Below are positions 42,955-54,744 of a stretch of 64,000 nt of DNA, in pieces. Under the pieces are notes generated by a model. The model saw only the letters and a program-made list of their open reading frames with translations. It was not told the origin of the DNA and ran no database searches. Position 1 is the stretch's first letter, and every line of letters starts with the position of its first letter. The stretch is from Geosiphon pyriformis uo1 (lineage: Eukaryota > Fungi > Glomeromycota). The translations under genes and the position numbers were made by a program. The stretch is taken from assembly GCA_016748015.1 (NCBI GenBank), contig JAAOMT010000591.1:959007-1023006 (forward strand). The letters run 5' to 3'.

Positions 42955-43400
42955 TATTTTTACCATTATGACATCGTGCCCCACAAAAAACTCCAGCTTT
43001 TTTGCAATTACAATGATTAGTTCTATATTCCCCTTTAAAATCGCATTGGTAACCTGTCATTTTATCGTAGAACTGCTTCACATAAAGAAATAAAGGTATT
43101 TGGTATCTCTCGTAATTTTGGAAAATCAGTAGTCTTAATAGCCATTAATTCTGTTGCATGATAAGAATTATTTAAAATTCCTGACTTACATTCCAATTTA
43201 TAGAATCTGTCATTAACAATTCCAATCACTTTGCCATAGGAGGAGTTTTCTATTGGCAGTTAAACGATCAATCTTTGGAATCCCAATTTTATAAGATAGT
43301 TTTTGCTTTACATTTTTACGCAGCATTACTCTGGCGTTGGTGGTTAGTAATATCATGTAACATATGGTTCTAGTCATGATTATCTTATTGAAAAAATAAA
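42955..43400 (-). mobile_element. Relic C-terminus of a Ginger/GIN (KRBA2-like) integrase-type transposase
   Basis: Minus-strand translation through frameshifts: KIGIPKIDR, GKVIG, YKLECKSGILNNSYHATEL, FPKLREIPNTFISLCEA, then the Cys cluster CDFKGEYRTNHCNCKKAGVFCGARCHNG. Confidence 0.65.
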
Positions 43401-43949
43401 TTTATTAAACAATATGAAAAAATGCAAATAATAAAAAACATTACCTTCTTTCTTGAAATTATAACCAAAAAAATGAGAATGATCAAGAGATTTCTACTCG
43501 TTGTTCAATTTTCCTTAATATTATTTACTATTTGACGCCCCTGCCGCCAGTTTAGTTATCATTGCTGTTGGTTTGTTCCTGGTTATTTTTTTATGACCAT
43601 TGGTTATCTTGTTGCTGTTATCATTGGTCTTACTGCTAATTTTGTTGTCGATGTTACAAAATGGATTTAAGAATATTTTTAATTGAAACCAATTGTTAAA
43701 ATGTAGTGTTAAAAATAATGTTTTCTTTTTTAAAATTTGGTTTTATTTTGTATGAAATTTTTTTTAAGAGCCAAATAAAGTTTTTACAGTTTGTTGTGTC
43801 TTCTAAAAACTAGTTTTGTGTTTTGCTATTTAAACAGAATAATTTTTTTGTATATATTGTTACCAAAAGTGTTTTTTATGTTAAAAAATATTTTTTTATT
43901 TATTAATTAACTTTAAAAATCAAATTAAAAATAATTTAAAAAACTTAAA

Positions 43950-45370
43950 TTTTTTTTTTTATTCATTTAATAAGTGAGACCCAAATGCCACCTAGCACAA
44001 TACATCAAACTAAGTAATCTAAATTAGGTGCAAATTATGTACTTTTTACATGTAACCAACCACTTAGATCAATCAAAGCAATACTATAAATCTATACTAA
44101 CAGACACTACATTATCAACACCAAGAAATAAACAGCAAAATTTATGAAAACCAAAGCTAAAACCATGTGCTTTAACAATTCCAAACAACTTAACAACTCC
44201 AATAGAAAGCAAAAACAGCAGATTATAGATCATAAAAATTATTGAATCATTACATCCAATTAAGTTTTTTTTTTCATAAATGCTCTGTATTTAGTTTTCA
44301 CCATTCAAATTTTATTATAATAAGCTGTCTCTAAGTTTTACACAAAATTTACAATTTTTTTACTGGCAACCTTAACACCATCAAAAATAAACACAGTCTC
44401 CAAATACTATTTCTTGAACAAGAAACTTTTACATAATACAGTATACACAATATTATCAGAAATACACAAAAAAAACATTTGCAAAACTCGAAACAATGGC
44501 AGATTCAAACTCAACATAACATTTACCAAGCCAGAAGCAACTTAAACAAATTCTCACAAACTTCAGAGTTTATTATATACACAAATAAGTAATCAGAATT
44601 CTCTATCTTTCCACAATAAAGACATAATACACTAGGATATCTCTTATAATATAAATACTTTTGAACAGTAATCAGTAAGCAGTAATACAAAGCTTTCATA
44701 AAATATGAACACAAACCAGCTGTGAACTTATTTATGAAACCAGTTATCATATACAAATCAGAATGTCAAACTAAAACAATACAAACCTAGTCTATATAAT
44801 CAACTAAGCTTTTGTTAATAATACCAGATTTAGGTCTGATTTTCTAACAAATATAATGAAAAGTCTTAAAAACTTTATGAGTAAAATAACAAACATTTTC
44901 AAACACCACTATTTTACCAATCCTAATAAATCTTTTTCTAACCAGAACAGAAAGCACCAAACTTGAACCAACAGCCAAACCAACCAGCTTATCAACATAC
45001 TTATTGTCCAAAATACCTGAATGTTTTTTAATCTTGTACTAGAAGACATTAAGCCTCTTATCTTTTATAGAATTCACAATACTTTGCTTTTTTATTTAAC
45101 AACAATTGTGAAAATTTGGCAAATTCAAATCCAATTCCAAAGTACAAGCATCTAAGACCACTTGATTGTCTAAATATACTACAATAAAACTGTTAGCAAA
45201 AACACATTTTAAAGCCAAAACAATTGCTTACAATTTTACCATTATAAAAAAACCAACCTATTAATATTAATATTAACTTTTATATTTAGATTAGGGAAAA
45301 ATACAGCTGCATTATATTTCATCTTATATATACTCAAATTTCTCAAAGACTTATCTGCTTAATTTTTATA
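43950..45370 (-). mobile_element. Degenerate LINE 3' part (RNase H, zinc finger, 3' UTR, poly-A)
   Basis: YPSVLCLYCGKIE zinc-finger remnant; shared 3' tail ending ttgggtctcacttattaa; T-run at ~43949-43960. Confidence 0.85.
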
Positions 45371-46139
45371 GTTAAAAATAATTAAACAAAAAATATTTTG
45401 AAATTTATTTAAAAATTTGTTGTTATGTTTTATTTTACTGTTTTTAGAAATATTTAATATTTTAAGTAATAATATTTTTAATGTTTTTAATGTTTTTATT
45501 AATTTAAATATTTTTTTAATTATATTTTAAAATATTATTTTAATAATTGGATTTTATGTTAAGCTTTAATTTATAAAAAAAGCAAAAAAAAAACATAAAC
45601 AATGATTTAATACTTTTTTTTATTTGATTTATTTTTCAACATATTTTTTAATAAATTTTTATTTTAAAAATTAAAAATAATAAATAACATTAACAAAAGC
45701 ATAACCAAAAAAAATAATAAAAAATATTCTGGTTTAAAAAATATTTTTATGTAAACTTAAAAAGTTTAATAAAATATAAAAAGTTTAAATATTAATAATT
45801 TATTTATAAATAAATCTGCTTTGTAAAATAATAAGCTTATTATTATTAATAAAAACAAAACAATAAAAAAAATTGTTTTATAAAATAATAAATTTGGTAC
45901 TATAAGTAAAAAATAAAACAATAAAATTAATTTTAATAAAAATATTAAGTATTTAATTAAAAAAATTGGTTTTATTTTAATTATAAATAAATTTATATTT
46001 GATATTATTATTAATTTAATTTTAAAAATAACTTTAATAAAATATAAAATAATAAATAACTTAAATATTATTATTTAATAAAAATTTGAATTTGAAAAAT
46101 TTTTTATAATAACAACAATAATTTAGTTAAACAATAAAT

Positions 46140-48430
46140 ATTATGAGTTAAAATATTAAAAAATACACTCTTTGTCTCCTTAATTTTATGACCATGACCA
46201 GAGCTAAGAGTAAAAAGGCTGCACCTGATATTTGTCTTAAGATATCTAATAAAATTTCAACCAGAGGAGCTCTTTCTGTTGTAGAAGCAACTAGACAAAA
46301 CGTTTTAGAAGCCTTCCCCTTACCCAGTAATCGTGAAAAGCTGCTTTTGGTAGCCACTGAATCAACTTCCCCATCTTTGGCTGGTTTCTCACCAGTTAAA
46401 GTTCCTTCAAAGAGACACACTTGGGTTAGTCCCAGTGTTGCCTCCATCTCGACTAAGAGCCCAAAAGTTTTTAATAATAGACCAGTAAATAAGCTGGTCT
46501 TTCCCTCTATAGACTCAACACCTGGTGCTTCTGACACCACCTCTTCAAAAAAAATAATCAAAAAGACCAAAAGTTCAGAAAAGTGGAGGCAGTCACTTGC
46601 CTCTGCTATTGTCACACCAAACCCCTTTGTGGTTCCCAATGAGGTCCTAGATAAGATCTCAGCAGCATCATCCGGCATGTCGTCTAAGATAAGCCAAGAT
46701 CAACCACTGGCTGTGTTGCCAAATGTGGTGTTTTCCAGCAGATCATTGCCGGTTTTAGAAGTAAAACAATCTTCTCCTGTTGGGTCACCTGTTCTTGGGA
46801 ACTGGGCTGATCAAATGGAAACTGATTTATCTTCTTCTCTAGTTTTTGGTGCTACTTTTGGTGGTGCTTGGGAAACTGTTACTAGTCGTCAAAGATTTGC
46901 TGGGTGGGTGGCCTCCACTCTGGTGCCTGGTGCTTCTTTCAAGACCAAATTGGCTCATGTTAAGACTGTTTTTCAGTTTGTGCATGGTTTTTTGGGTGCC
47001 AAATCTGTTTCAAAAGACAATGTGAAGTTTTTCTGTGTAGAGTTTGCTTCTCAACAGTCTTTGGAAGCTGCGTTTCTGGTTGAGCTTACAAGCTCTGTTC
47101 ATTTGGCCACTCTCAAAATTGCCAAGTCTTTGGTGGTTTCTGAATTTGGTTCTTCTTCTGCTGCTGTTGTGCTGCGTGATGTACCTTTGGGTGTGTCTGC
47201 TGCTGACATTAAGTTGGCTTTTAGTGTGTTTGGTAGTGTCACTCGTGTTGTGCAGTATGTGGTGGTTTATTTTGAAAAGTTGGACTCTGCTGTGTCTGCC
47301 TTGAAGCATTGGTCAGTCTTGGTGGGCAAGGATAGTGTTAGAATCCTTCTTCTGGTAAATCAAAATGAGACTATTTTGTCTCGTGATAAGTTTAAGGCCA
47401 AATTGGTCAACCTTCCCCCTGGTTGTACTGCTTTTGAAATCAGTGATATGATTTCTCAGATTGGTGGTTGTACATGTTTCATCCCTCGTTCTCCTGATTC
47501 TGGTTGCTGTTTCTGGTTTGCTTTGGTTACATTTGGCTCTCAAGGTGATTTGGATTCTGCTGTAGTCAAGACTGGTACTCTAAGGAAATGCCGTATCTGG
47601 TGGGAAACTCCTGGCTGCCGGCACTGCTTTAGATGTCAAGAAATGAGCCATCTGGCCATAGATTGCAAGATTTTCTCACCCCCCACTCCCAAGATTCCCA
47701 AGGTTTTCAAGTCTTATTTTGTGGGTTCTGCTTCATATGCCAAGACTGCTGCTCCTTTTGGTTTTTCTGAGCTTCCTCCTTTGGTGGCTTCTTTGGCTGC
47801 TTCTGTTGTTGACCCTGCTGTTGGTTCTAGATTGGACTCTTTGGAAAAGCAGATTTCGGATTTGGCTGCTCTGGTTAAGTCTATTGTTGAGCCTGTTGGT
47901 TCTTTGGTTGCTTTGGTGTCTCGTCTTCTTGATGATAATGCTGCTAAGGCTGTTCAGATCAAGAAGGATCTCATTTCTATGAAGAGTGCTGCTAACAATT
48001 TTTCTAATCTCTTGGTTGGAGTCTCCAAGAACATTGCTTGTCTTAGATCTGAGGTTGACTTTGGTGATATGGACTATGATGATATGTTGGCTGCTAAGCC
48101 TTCCTTTTTGAGTGAGGACACTATTGAGCATGTTATTGCTTTGTGGCGTATGTCTGGTGCTGAAACCAGAGGTGATATTAAGTCTACTAGATTGTTTCTT
48201 AGTGAGTTTATTTTTGACTCTAGGAATCTGAATGGTATCATTGAGAGAATTTGTGAGTTGGGATTATTTCCACCTACTTTTGATTCAGCGTAGTGAGTTC
48301 TTGATTGGGCCGAGTGTCTGATCACATGTAGAAAATACATGATTTATGCCTATAATGTAATCCTTTCTGTGGTATCATAGTTTAGGTGATATTTGGGTCT
48401 CACTCGTTAAAATATAAAAAAAAAAAAAAT
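46140..48430 (+). mobile_element. ORF1-only non-autonomous LINE derivative (HAL1-like)
   Basis: A single ORF1 followed immediately by the ~115-nt LINE 3' tail (48294-48410) and an A-run (48416-48429); no ORF2 sequence. Confidence 0.8.
46188..48293 (+). CDS. LINE ORF1-like nucleic-acid-binding protein, 701 aa
   Basis: RRM-like segments (VVLRDVPLG..DIKLAFSVFG; AKLVNLPPG..FALVTF), CCHC knuckle CFRCQEMSHLAIDC, coiled coil RLDSLEKQISDL; co-linear with ORF1 of the LINE at 59.6-61.5 kb. Confidence 0.85.
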   Translation: MTMTRAKSKKAAPDICLKISNKISTRGALSVVEATRQNVLEAFPLPSNREKLLLVATESTSPSLAGFSPVKVPSKRHTWVSPSVASISTKSPKVFNNRPVNKLVFPSIDSTPGASDTTSSKKIIKKTKSSEKWRQSLASAIVTPNPFVVPNEVLDKISAASSGMSSKISQDQPLAVLPNVVFSSRSLPVLEVKQSSPVGSPVLGNWADQMETDLSSSLVFGATFGGAWETVTSRQRFAGWVASTLVPGASFKTKLAHVKTVFQFVHGFLGAKSVSKDNVKFFCVEFASQQSLEAAFLVELTSSVHLATLKIAKSLVVSEFGSSSAAVVLRDVPLGVSAADIKLAFSVFGSVTRVVQYVVVYFEKLDSAVSALKHWSVLVGKDSVRILLLVNQNETILSRDKFKAKLVNLPPGCTAFEISDMISQIGGCTCFIPRSPDSGCCFWFALVTFGSQGDLDSAVVKTGTLRKCRIWWETPGCRHCFRCQEMSHLAIDCKIFSPPTPKIPKVFKSYFVGSASYAKTAAPFGFSELPPLVASLAASVVDPAVGSRLDSLEKQISDLAALVKSIVEPVGSLVALVSRLLDDNAAKAVQIKKDLISMKSAANNFSNLLVGVSKNIACLRSEVDFGDMDYDDMLAAKPSFLSEDTIEHVIALWRMSGAETRGDIKSTRLFLSEFIFDSRNLNGIIERICELGLFPPTFDSA

Positions 48431-48739
48431 ATTATTATATATATTTATAAAATATAAAAAAACAACAAATGTAAAAATAGTGTTTAAAAATAAAAAAATA
48501 TACTTATTATTGTTTGTTTTAAGCAAAAACCAGCTTAATATAAATTTTATAAAAAAAATTTAAATTTTATTTATAATACAAAAAACAAAATTAAAATAAA
48601 ACTAAAACTATATTATTAAAATTAAAACTAAAATTTTTTAAAAATATTTAATATTTAAAAACTTGATTAAAAAGTAAAAATAAAAAAAATTATAAAATTC
48701 ATATTATTAAAATAATTTATTAATCTAAAATTATATATT

Positions 48740-50515
48740 TGGCAAACAAGTTGTTCAATGCTTTTTGTTCTTAGTGTTTTTTTTATATCATCTATTCTTG
48801 GGAAGGCTTTATATCTTAGTTCTGTTCAGTCTTTAAAACATTTTGGAGTTGCTTTTGGTAATAAGCTCTTTGATAAGAAAGGCTGTATTATGAATTGAAA
48901 AACCTTTCATTGGTGAAAAAGGTTGGATCCCAGAGACCCTGTTCCTTACTGGTTTGATATTATATTAAGGTTTCTGTACAGTAATGGCTTTTTGCTGCTG
49001 GTTCTGCCTGTTTCTTTTCAGTCTAATAAATTAAGTATTTTGAATTTTAGTGAGTTTGCCAAGGTACAAGATGGTTTACATGAGATTTGGTCTGGTTTAT
49101 TTGAAGTCTATTTGGATGGTTTGTTGAGGATTGCTGGTTCTAATAGTATAGTTAATAGTGCTGCTGCATATTTTTCAGCATTGGACATGAGTATTGATGT
49201 AGGGGTGCATGGCTTTGTTTTTTCTATTATGGCTGAATTGCAGACTGTTGCTTTGTTTCTGGAGTGTATGCTGTCTTTTTGCTCCTTAATTTTATACCTC
49301 AACAGTCAAGCAGTTATTAATACATGTATATCAGAGGTGGCATTGGCAATATCTGATTTCTACAATCAATGTTGGATTGAGAGGAGACATATTTTTAATT
49401 TAATTAGGAATAAAAATCTCATAGTTAATTGGGTCAAGATCAAGGATTATTCTGGGATTTATGGTAATGATAGAATAAATGCTGCTGCTGTGGCTGCTAA
49501 TTCTCCTTTTTATTTGCCAACAGATATGTGGGAGCATTTTTTGATGGCTGAGAACACTGCTATTTCTAGCAATGCTTGGTATTTTATCAGAAATATTTTC
49601 CAGTCTGTTTGTTATGCTTAATAGAAGGCTGATTCTGGTTATAGTGTGGTTTTTGGTTTGATTGTTATGGATATTAATTGGAATTTTACTACAAGAGTCT
49701 GGCATCCAAATTCACAATTATTTGCTGGTTTTATAAATCAAAAGTTGTCTATTCTTTACACTTACTTAATGAAAACAGTTCATGGACAATTGTCTATGGC
49801 TGTTAAAAAAAGATTATTTAATAGAAGTTATTTTGGTGTAGTGTGCTTGTTGTGTGATGAGGTGGAATTGTTGGATCACATTTTCACTTATGATCAAAAT
49901 GTTGATGTTCAGAGTAAGATTTTGGCAGAAGTCTTCATGTATTGGATTGTTTTAACAGATGCTCTTGGTTTGTCTTCATCTTTTGTTATTTTGAGAACAC
50001 TCTCTTCTTGTTTGTTGGACTCTGAAACTTATGCTGTTGTGTACAAAGAATTTGTGATTAGGAATTGGTTAGCTAAGGCTGTTGGAATTTTTAAATGTAG
50101 AAAGAAAACCACCTCTGCTGTCATTGATTTTGTAAGATATCTGATGGAGTTGCATTATTCCAGAGCTTGGCTGTTGAGGTTTAAATTCAGGGTTGATATA
50201 GAGAAGGCTGGTTTGGTTGAAGATAAGAGTGTTATATCAGGTTTGTCTTGTAGTTTGGCATTTACTTTTTCAGATGATATAGTCAGAATGCTTGGTATTG
50301 TTGAGTCTTTGCTGTTAGTTTTGGCTGTTAAAAATTTTGTCTTTTTTATTCTGGTTTGGGCAGTGATGTTTGTGTTCTTATAGGTGTGTAGTGTTGCTTT
50401 GTTTGGCCTGAGTAACTAGTCACATGTAGTAAGTGCATGAATTGTGTTTAATTTGGGCCACTTAGTCTGGTTCTATATACTAAATAGTAGTTGAATTTCA
50501 CTTGTTAAGCTTTTA
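48740..50515 (+). mobile_element. Degenerate LINE 3' part (RNase H, zinc finger, 3' UTR)
   Basis: VYLDG, AELQTVAL, LNSQAVI, WVKIKDYSGIYGNDR RNase H remnants; CLLCDEVELLDHIF; tail at 50390-50508. Confidence 0.9.
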
Positions 50516-50539
50516 ATAATAATAAAAATTATATATTAA

Positions 50540-52800
50540 AGTTTAACAAATATAGTCTAATTACTATTTAGTATATAAAACCAAAACTAAGAGTTTTAAC
50601 TAAATATAATTCACATTTTTTCTACATATATTTAGTTACTTAGACCAATTAAAAACATATTATGTTAATGCTTTAGAAGAAAACTTATCCAAAAAAAACA
50701 TTTTTTGAACAACTTTAAACAATATAACACTATTAAAAATTAAGCTTATCAACTAACCAGCTGTTTTAAAAGTATTAGACTTAATATTAGGTGGTTTATG
50801 TTTTCAAAGTGACAATAAATTAGAAAATATATTATTATTAATAACAAATAAACTTATATAAGAACCAAATATGTTAATGTTTTTAAAACTACAATTATTT
50901 TTTAGGACAACTATATTTTATTTTAGTTTATTCATAGTTTTGCTAAAAGTATTTATATGTACTAAAATTTTATTAACTTTAAAATTAAAAACACTGCTTA
51001 ATACAAGATTACTTTTGACAAACTGCTTAAACATAGTAATCAATATATTAATAGGCTTAATAATTAATCTAATCAAAACTGACAACTTAACCAAATCAGA
51101 TTTCAGAAATACCAGCTAAAAAAAAATCAAAAATTTACTAATAATCACAAAAAAAAAGCAAAAGTTATCAAAAGAAGAAATCCAGAAAAATTCAAAAAAG
51201 CAAAAATCTTAGCATAAAAAATATTATCTACAAAACATAATTTGAATACCTTGAAAGTCTTAAAAAAAAAAATAGAAAAACTTTGCAGTTTACTATTAGA
51301 TGGCTTATTTTTTGATATCTAAAACAGTACTAACAACTAAGAGTCTTCTACTAAATACAGTACTTTTTCAATATATTAGTCTTAAGAACTATAGCATCTA
51401 AATCAACTTAAAATTCAAATATAATCAGAACAAACCAGGAATAACAATTAGAATCAAAAGAGTAAAAAATAAAATATTTTTAAATATTAATCTAAGAAAT
51501 CATATTACTGATTTCAAAAGCAGTATAGCCAAAAAGAAAATTAACTAACTTGGTTTTAAACCTATCATAAGATATATTAGTCTTATTTTGATTAACCAAA
51601 AAAAAGATTTTAATACTATTTTTGTCTACAAACACTAATCAATAAATCAAAGCAAATACAGCAGTATCCAGTTTTTTAAAATAAACAATAATATATTACA
51701 GATTTCAGCACAATGCAAACAATCTTACCAAAAACACTAAGTACTATTTTAATATTAGTAGTAAACATATTTAAAAACATATTATACAGTACAACAGCAG
51801 TAAAAAAAGAACCAGTTTCAGAAACCACCAAAGATTTAGCAATTTTAAAAATAGCTAGATAAATAAAACTTGTAAGTTCAACCAAAAAAGCAGTTTTTAA
51901 AGACTCTTAAAAAGCAAACTCCATACAAAAAAGCCTTATATTGTCTTTTAACACTAATTTTGCACCAAAAAACCATGTACAGACTGAAAACCAGTTTTAA
52001 CATGAACCAATTTAATCTTAAAAATAGCATTAGACATTAAAGTAGAGATTATTTACTCAACAAACTTTTGATGACTAATAATAATTTCTTAAATACCACT
52101 AGTGATAATACCAGAAATCAAAAAAGAAATTAAGTTGGTTTTCATTTAATTAGCCCAGTTCTTAAGAACAGATAATTTAACAAAAAACTATTGTTTTATT
52201 TCTAAAATCAGCAATAATTTATTAAAAAACATTATATTTAAGAATACAACTAGTGGTTAGTTTTAGTCTATCTTAGATAATACAATAGAAATCTTATTTA
52301 AAATTTTATTAGAAATTACAAAGAGTTTTAGTATAACAATAGCAAAAATAAGTGACTGCTTCTACTTTTTTAAACTTTTGGTTTTTTGATCAATTTTTTG
52401 GAAAAAAAAATACTAACAACATCTAATATAGAAACTATAGAAAAAAAACCAGTTTATTAATTAGTCTGTTATTGAAAATTTTTGGGCTCTTTAAAGAAGT
52501 AAAAGCAATACTAAGACTAATTTAAATATGTCTCTTTAAGAAAATTTTAACTGGTAAAAAACCAGCCAAAGATAAAAAAATGCTTTAGTAGTTATTAAAA
52601 ACAGTTTTTTATTATTACTAACTAAGAAAAAAACTTCTAAAATAGTTTGTTTAATAGTCTTTACAACAAAAAGAACTTTTTTGGTTAAAATTTTGTAAAA
52701 TATTAAAGAAAATGTACTAGTTATAACTTTTTTATTTTTTGTTTTAGTCATAATCATAAAATCAAGAAGATAAAAAGTTTTTTTAAAATTATATAAAAAC
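50540..52800 (-). mobile_element. Second, heavily mutated ORF1-only element
   Basis: ORFs 52536-52802 and 51676-51885 align to the 46188 ORF1 (VELTSFIYLAIFKIAKSLVVSE vs VELTSSVHLATLKIAKSLVVSE); LINE-type tail at ~50543-50662. Confidence 0.85.
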
Positions 52801-53559
52801 AATATTTTTAAACAATATAATAATTTATTATTATTTAAATAATACTATAATAAAAACAAAATTAAATAATAATATTAAACCATTATTTTAAATTAAATAA
52901 ACACTAATAAATAGTTATTTTAAGACTTTATATAATTTTTGTAATAGTTTAAAAACTATTTATTTAAATACTACTATAATAAAATTTAAATAAAGATTAT
53001 TTTCAATTATTTTTTTACTTAAAAATATTATATATTATAAATAATTTGAAATATTTTTTTATTTTATTTAATATTATTAATTAGCACAAATTTTTATTAA
53101 ATAATAAATACTAAATTATATATAATAAAATAATAACATGCCAAAATTAACAAAATTAACTTAGTTTTTAATATTAAAATTAAGAAAACTTGTTTATAGT
53201 ACTTTGTAAATATAGTTTTTTAAAGTATTATAATAATTAATCAGTTTTTTGCTATTTTAAAACAGTTTATTTAAAATAATTTTAGTGTAATTTCTGTTTT
53301 TTTAAAAATTTTAAAGTATTTAATAAGAAATTAATAACCAAAAAAACCAAATTAACTAAAAAACAATTTTTTTAATATTAATTTTAATGTTTAAATCTAG
53401 TTTTTTTTATAGAAAATAAAATTTTGATTTTTTTGATTTTTTGATTAATTTTGTATTATTAATACTAATTATAATATCTAATTTTATTATGATTATAAAT
53501 GAAAAAATTTCTTTTGTTTTAAATAATAATATTAAAAACATATTAGTTAATCTTAATTT

Positions 53560-54740
53560 AAATTGGTTTTTAGTTATATTTTTTAATATGTTAATTTTTG
53601 GCTAATCTTTACCAGATTTAAAAACAAAATAAAACATGTTTTTATATATGTTTTTATTTATTTAATTAGTCTATTAAATTATTTTGATCTTAAAAATCAA
53701 ATTAATTATATAAAAACAAATTTTTTTTTGTTTTTAATATTGTTTTTAAAAATTTTTAAAAAACAATTATTAGTTAACAAAAAAATTTTAAATAAGTAAC
53801 TTTTATTTTAATACTTAATGTTTTTTAAAATTAAATTAATTTTTGTTTTAGTTTTTACATAATTTTTTTGTTTTAAATTTAATTACTAAAAATAATATTA
53901 AGTTTTTTTATATAAAAATTATATTTTAACTTTTTTGAATATTATTATACAAATTATGTTTGTTAATTTACTTATTTTTTTACTTTAGAAACTACAAAGT
54001 CTTCTGTAGTTTTTGTTGGGTTTTTTTTGGCTATTGTTTTTTATAATAATATTTTTAATAATATTAAATTTGTCTTAAGTGTTTTTAATAATAATATTTT
54101 TATTAAGTTAAAATTTGTTAGTTTGTAACTTTATATTATTGTTTATTATAAATTTTTTTACTGTTAATACTGTTTTTGTTTACTAGTTTATATTAATAAA
54201 AAGAATTAAAATTAAAATTTTTTTCTTGTTAATTAACATAAAATTATTGTTTTATATAATAATATTAAGACTAAATTAATTAAAATTTTTTTTTAATTAT
54301 CTAATTTTTAAAATTAATATGTTGGTTTTTTAGAATAATAGTTATATTTGTTTTATTTTTTGTTTTCTTAATTTTGTTTAGTATTTATAAAATAAAATTA
54401 TTATTTTTGGTTTTAAAAAATAATTTTAATACAATTATTATTAAAACTAATATTTTAAGAAATATTATATTTAATAAAAACTTTTTAATAATCAGTACTA
54501 TTTTAAATATTAAAATACAAATTATTTTGATATAAATTCTAATATGGTTTTATTTTTTTTAAGTTTTTATTTAAATTTATAGTTTTTTCAAAATGTTTGA
54601 ATTCTATTATATTAATATAAAATTTTATATTAAGTTTTTTGTTTTATTGGTTTTTTATTATTGTTTTTTTAATTATTACTATTATTATTAATTTTATAAT
54701 TGGCTTTTATTTAACTTTTTTAAAATTTAATATAATTAAT
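53560..54740 (+). mobile_element. Almost erased third ORF1 homologue inside an AT desert
   Basis: Co-linear matches: 53982 actttagaaactacaaagtcttctgtagtttttg with 47110 actctcaaaattgccaagtctttggtggtttctg; ~54440 ttaaaactaatattttaagaaatattatatt with ~47565 tcaagactggtactctaaggaaatgccgtatc. Confidence 0.65.
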
Positions 54741-54744
54741 TTGG

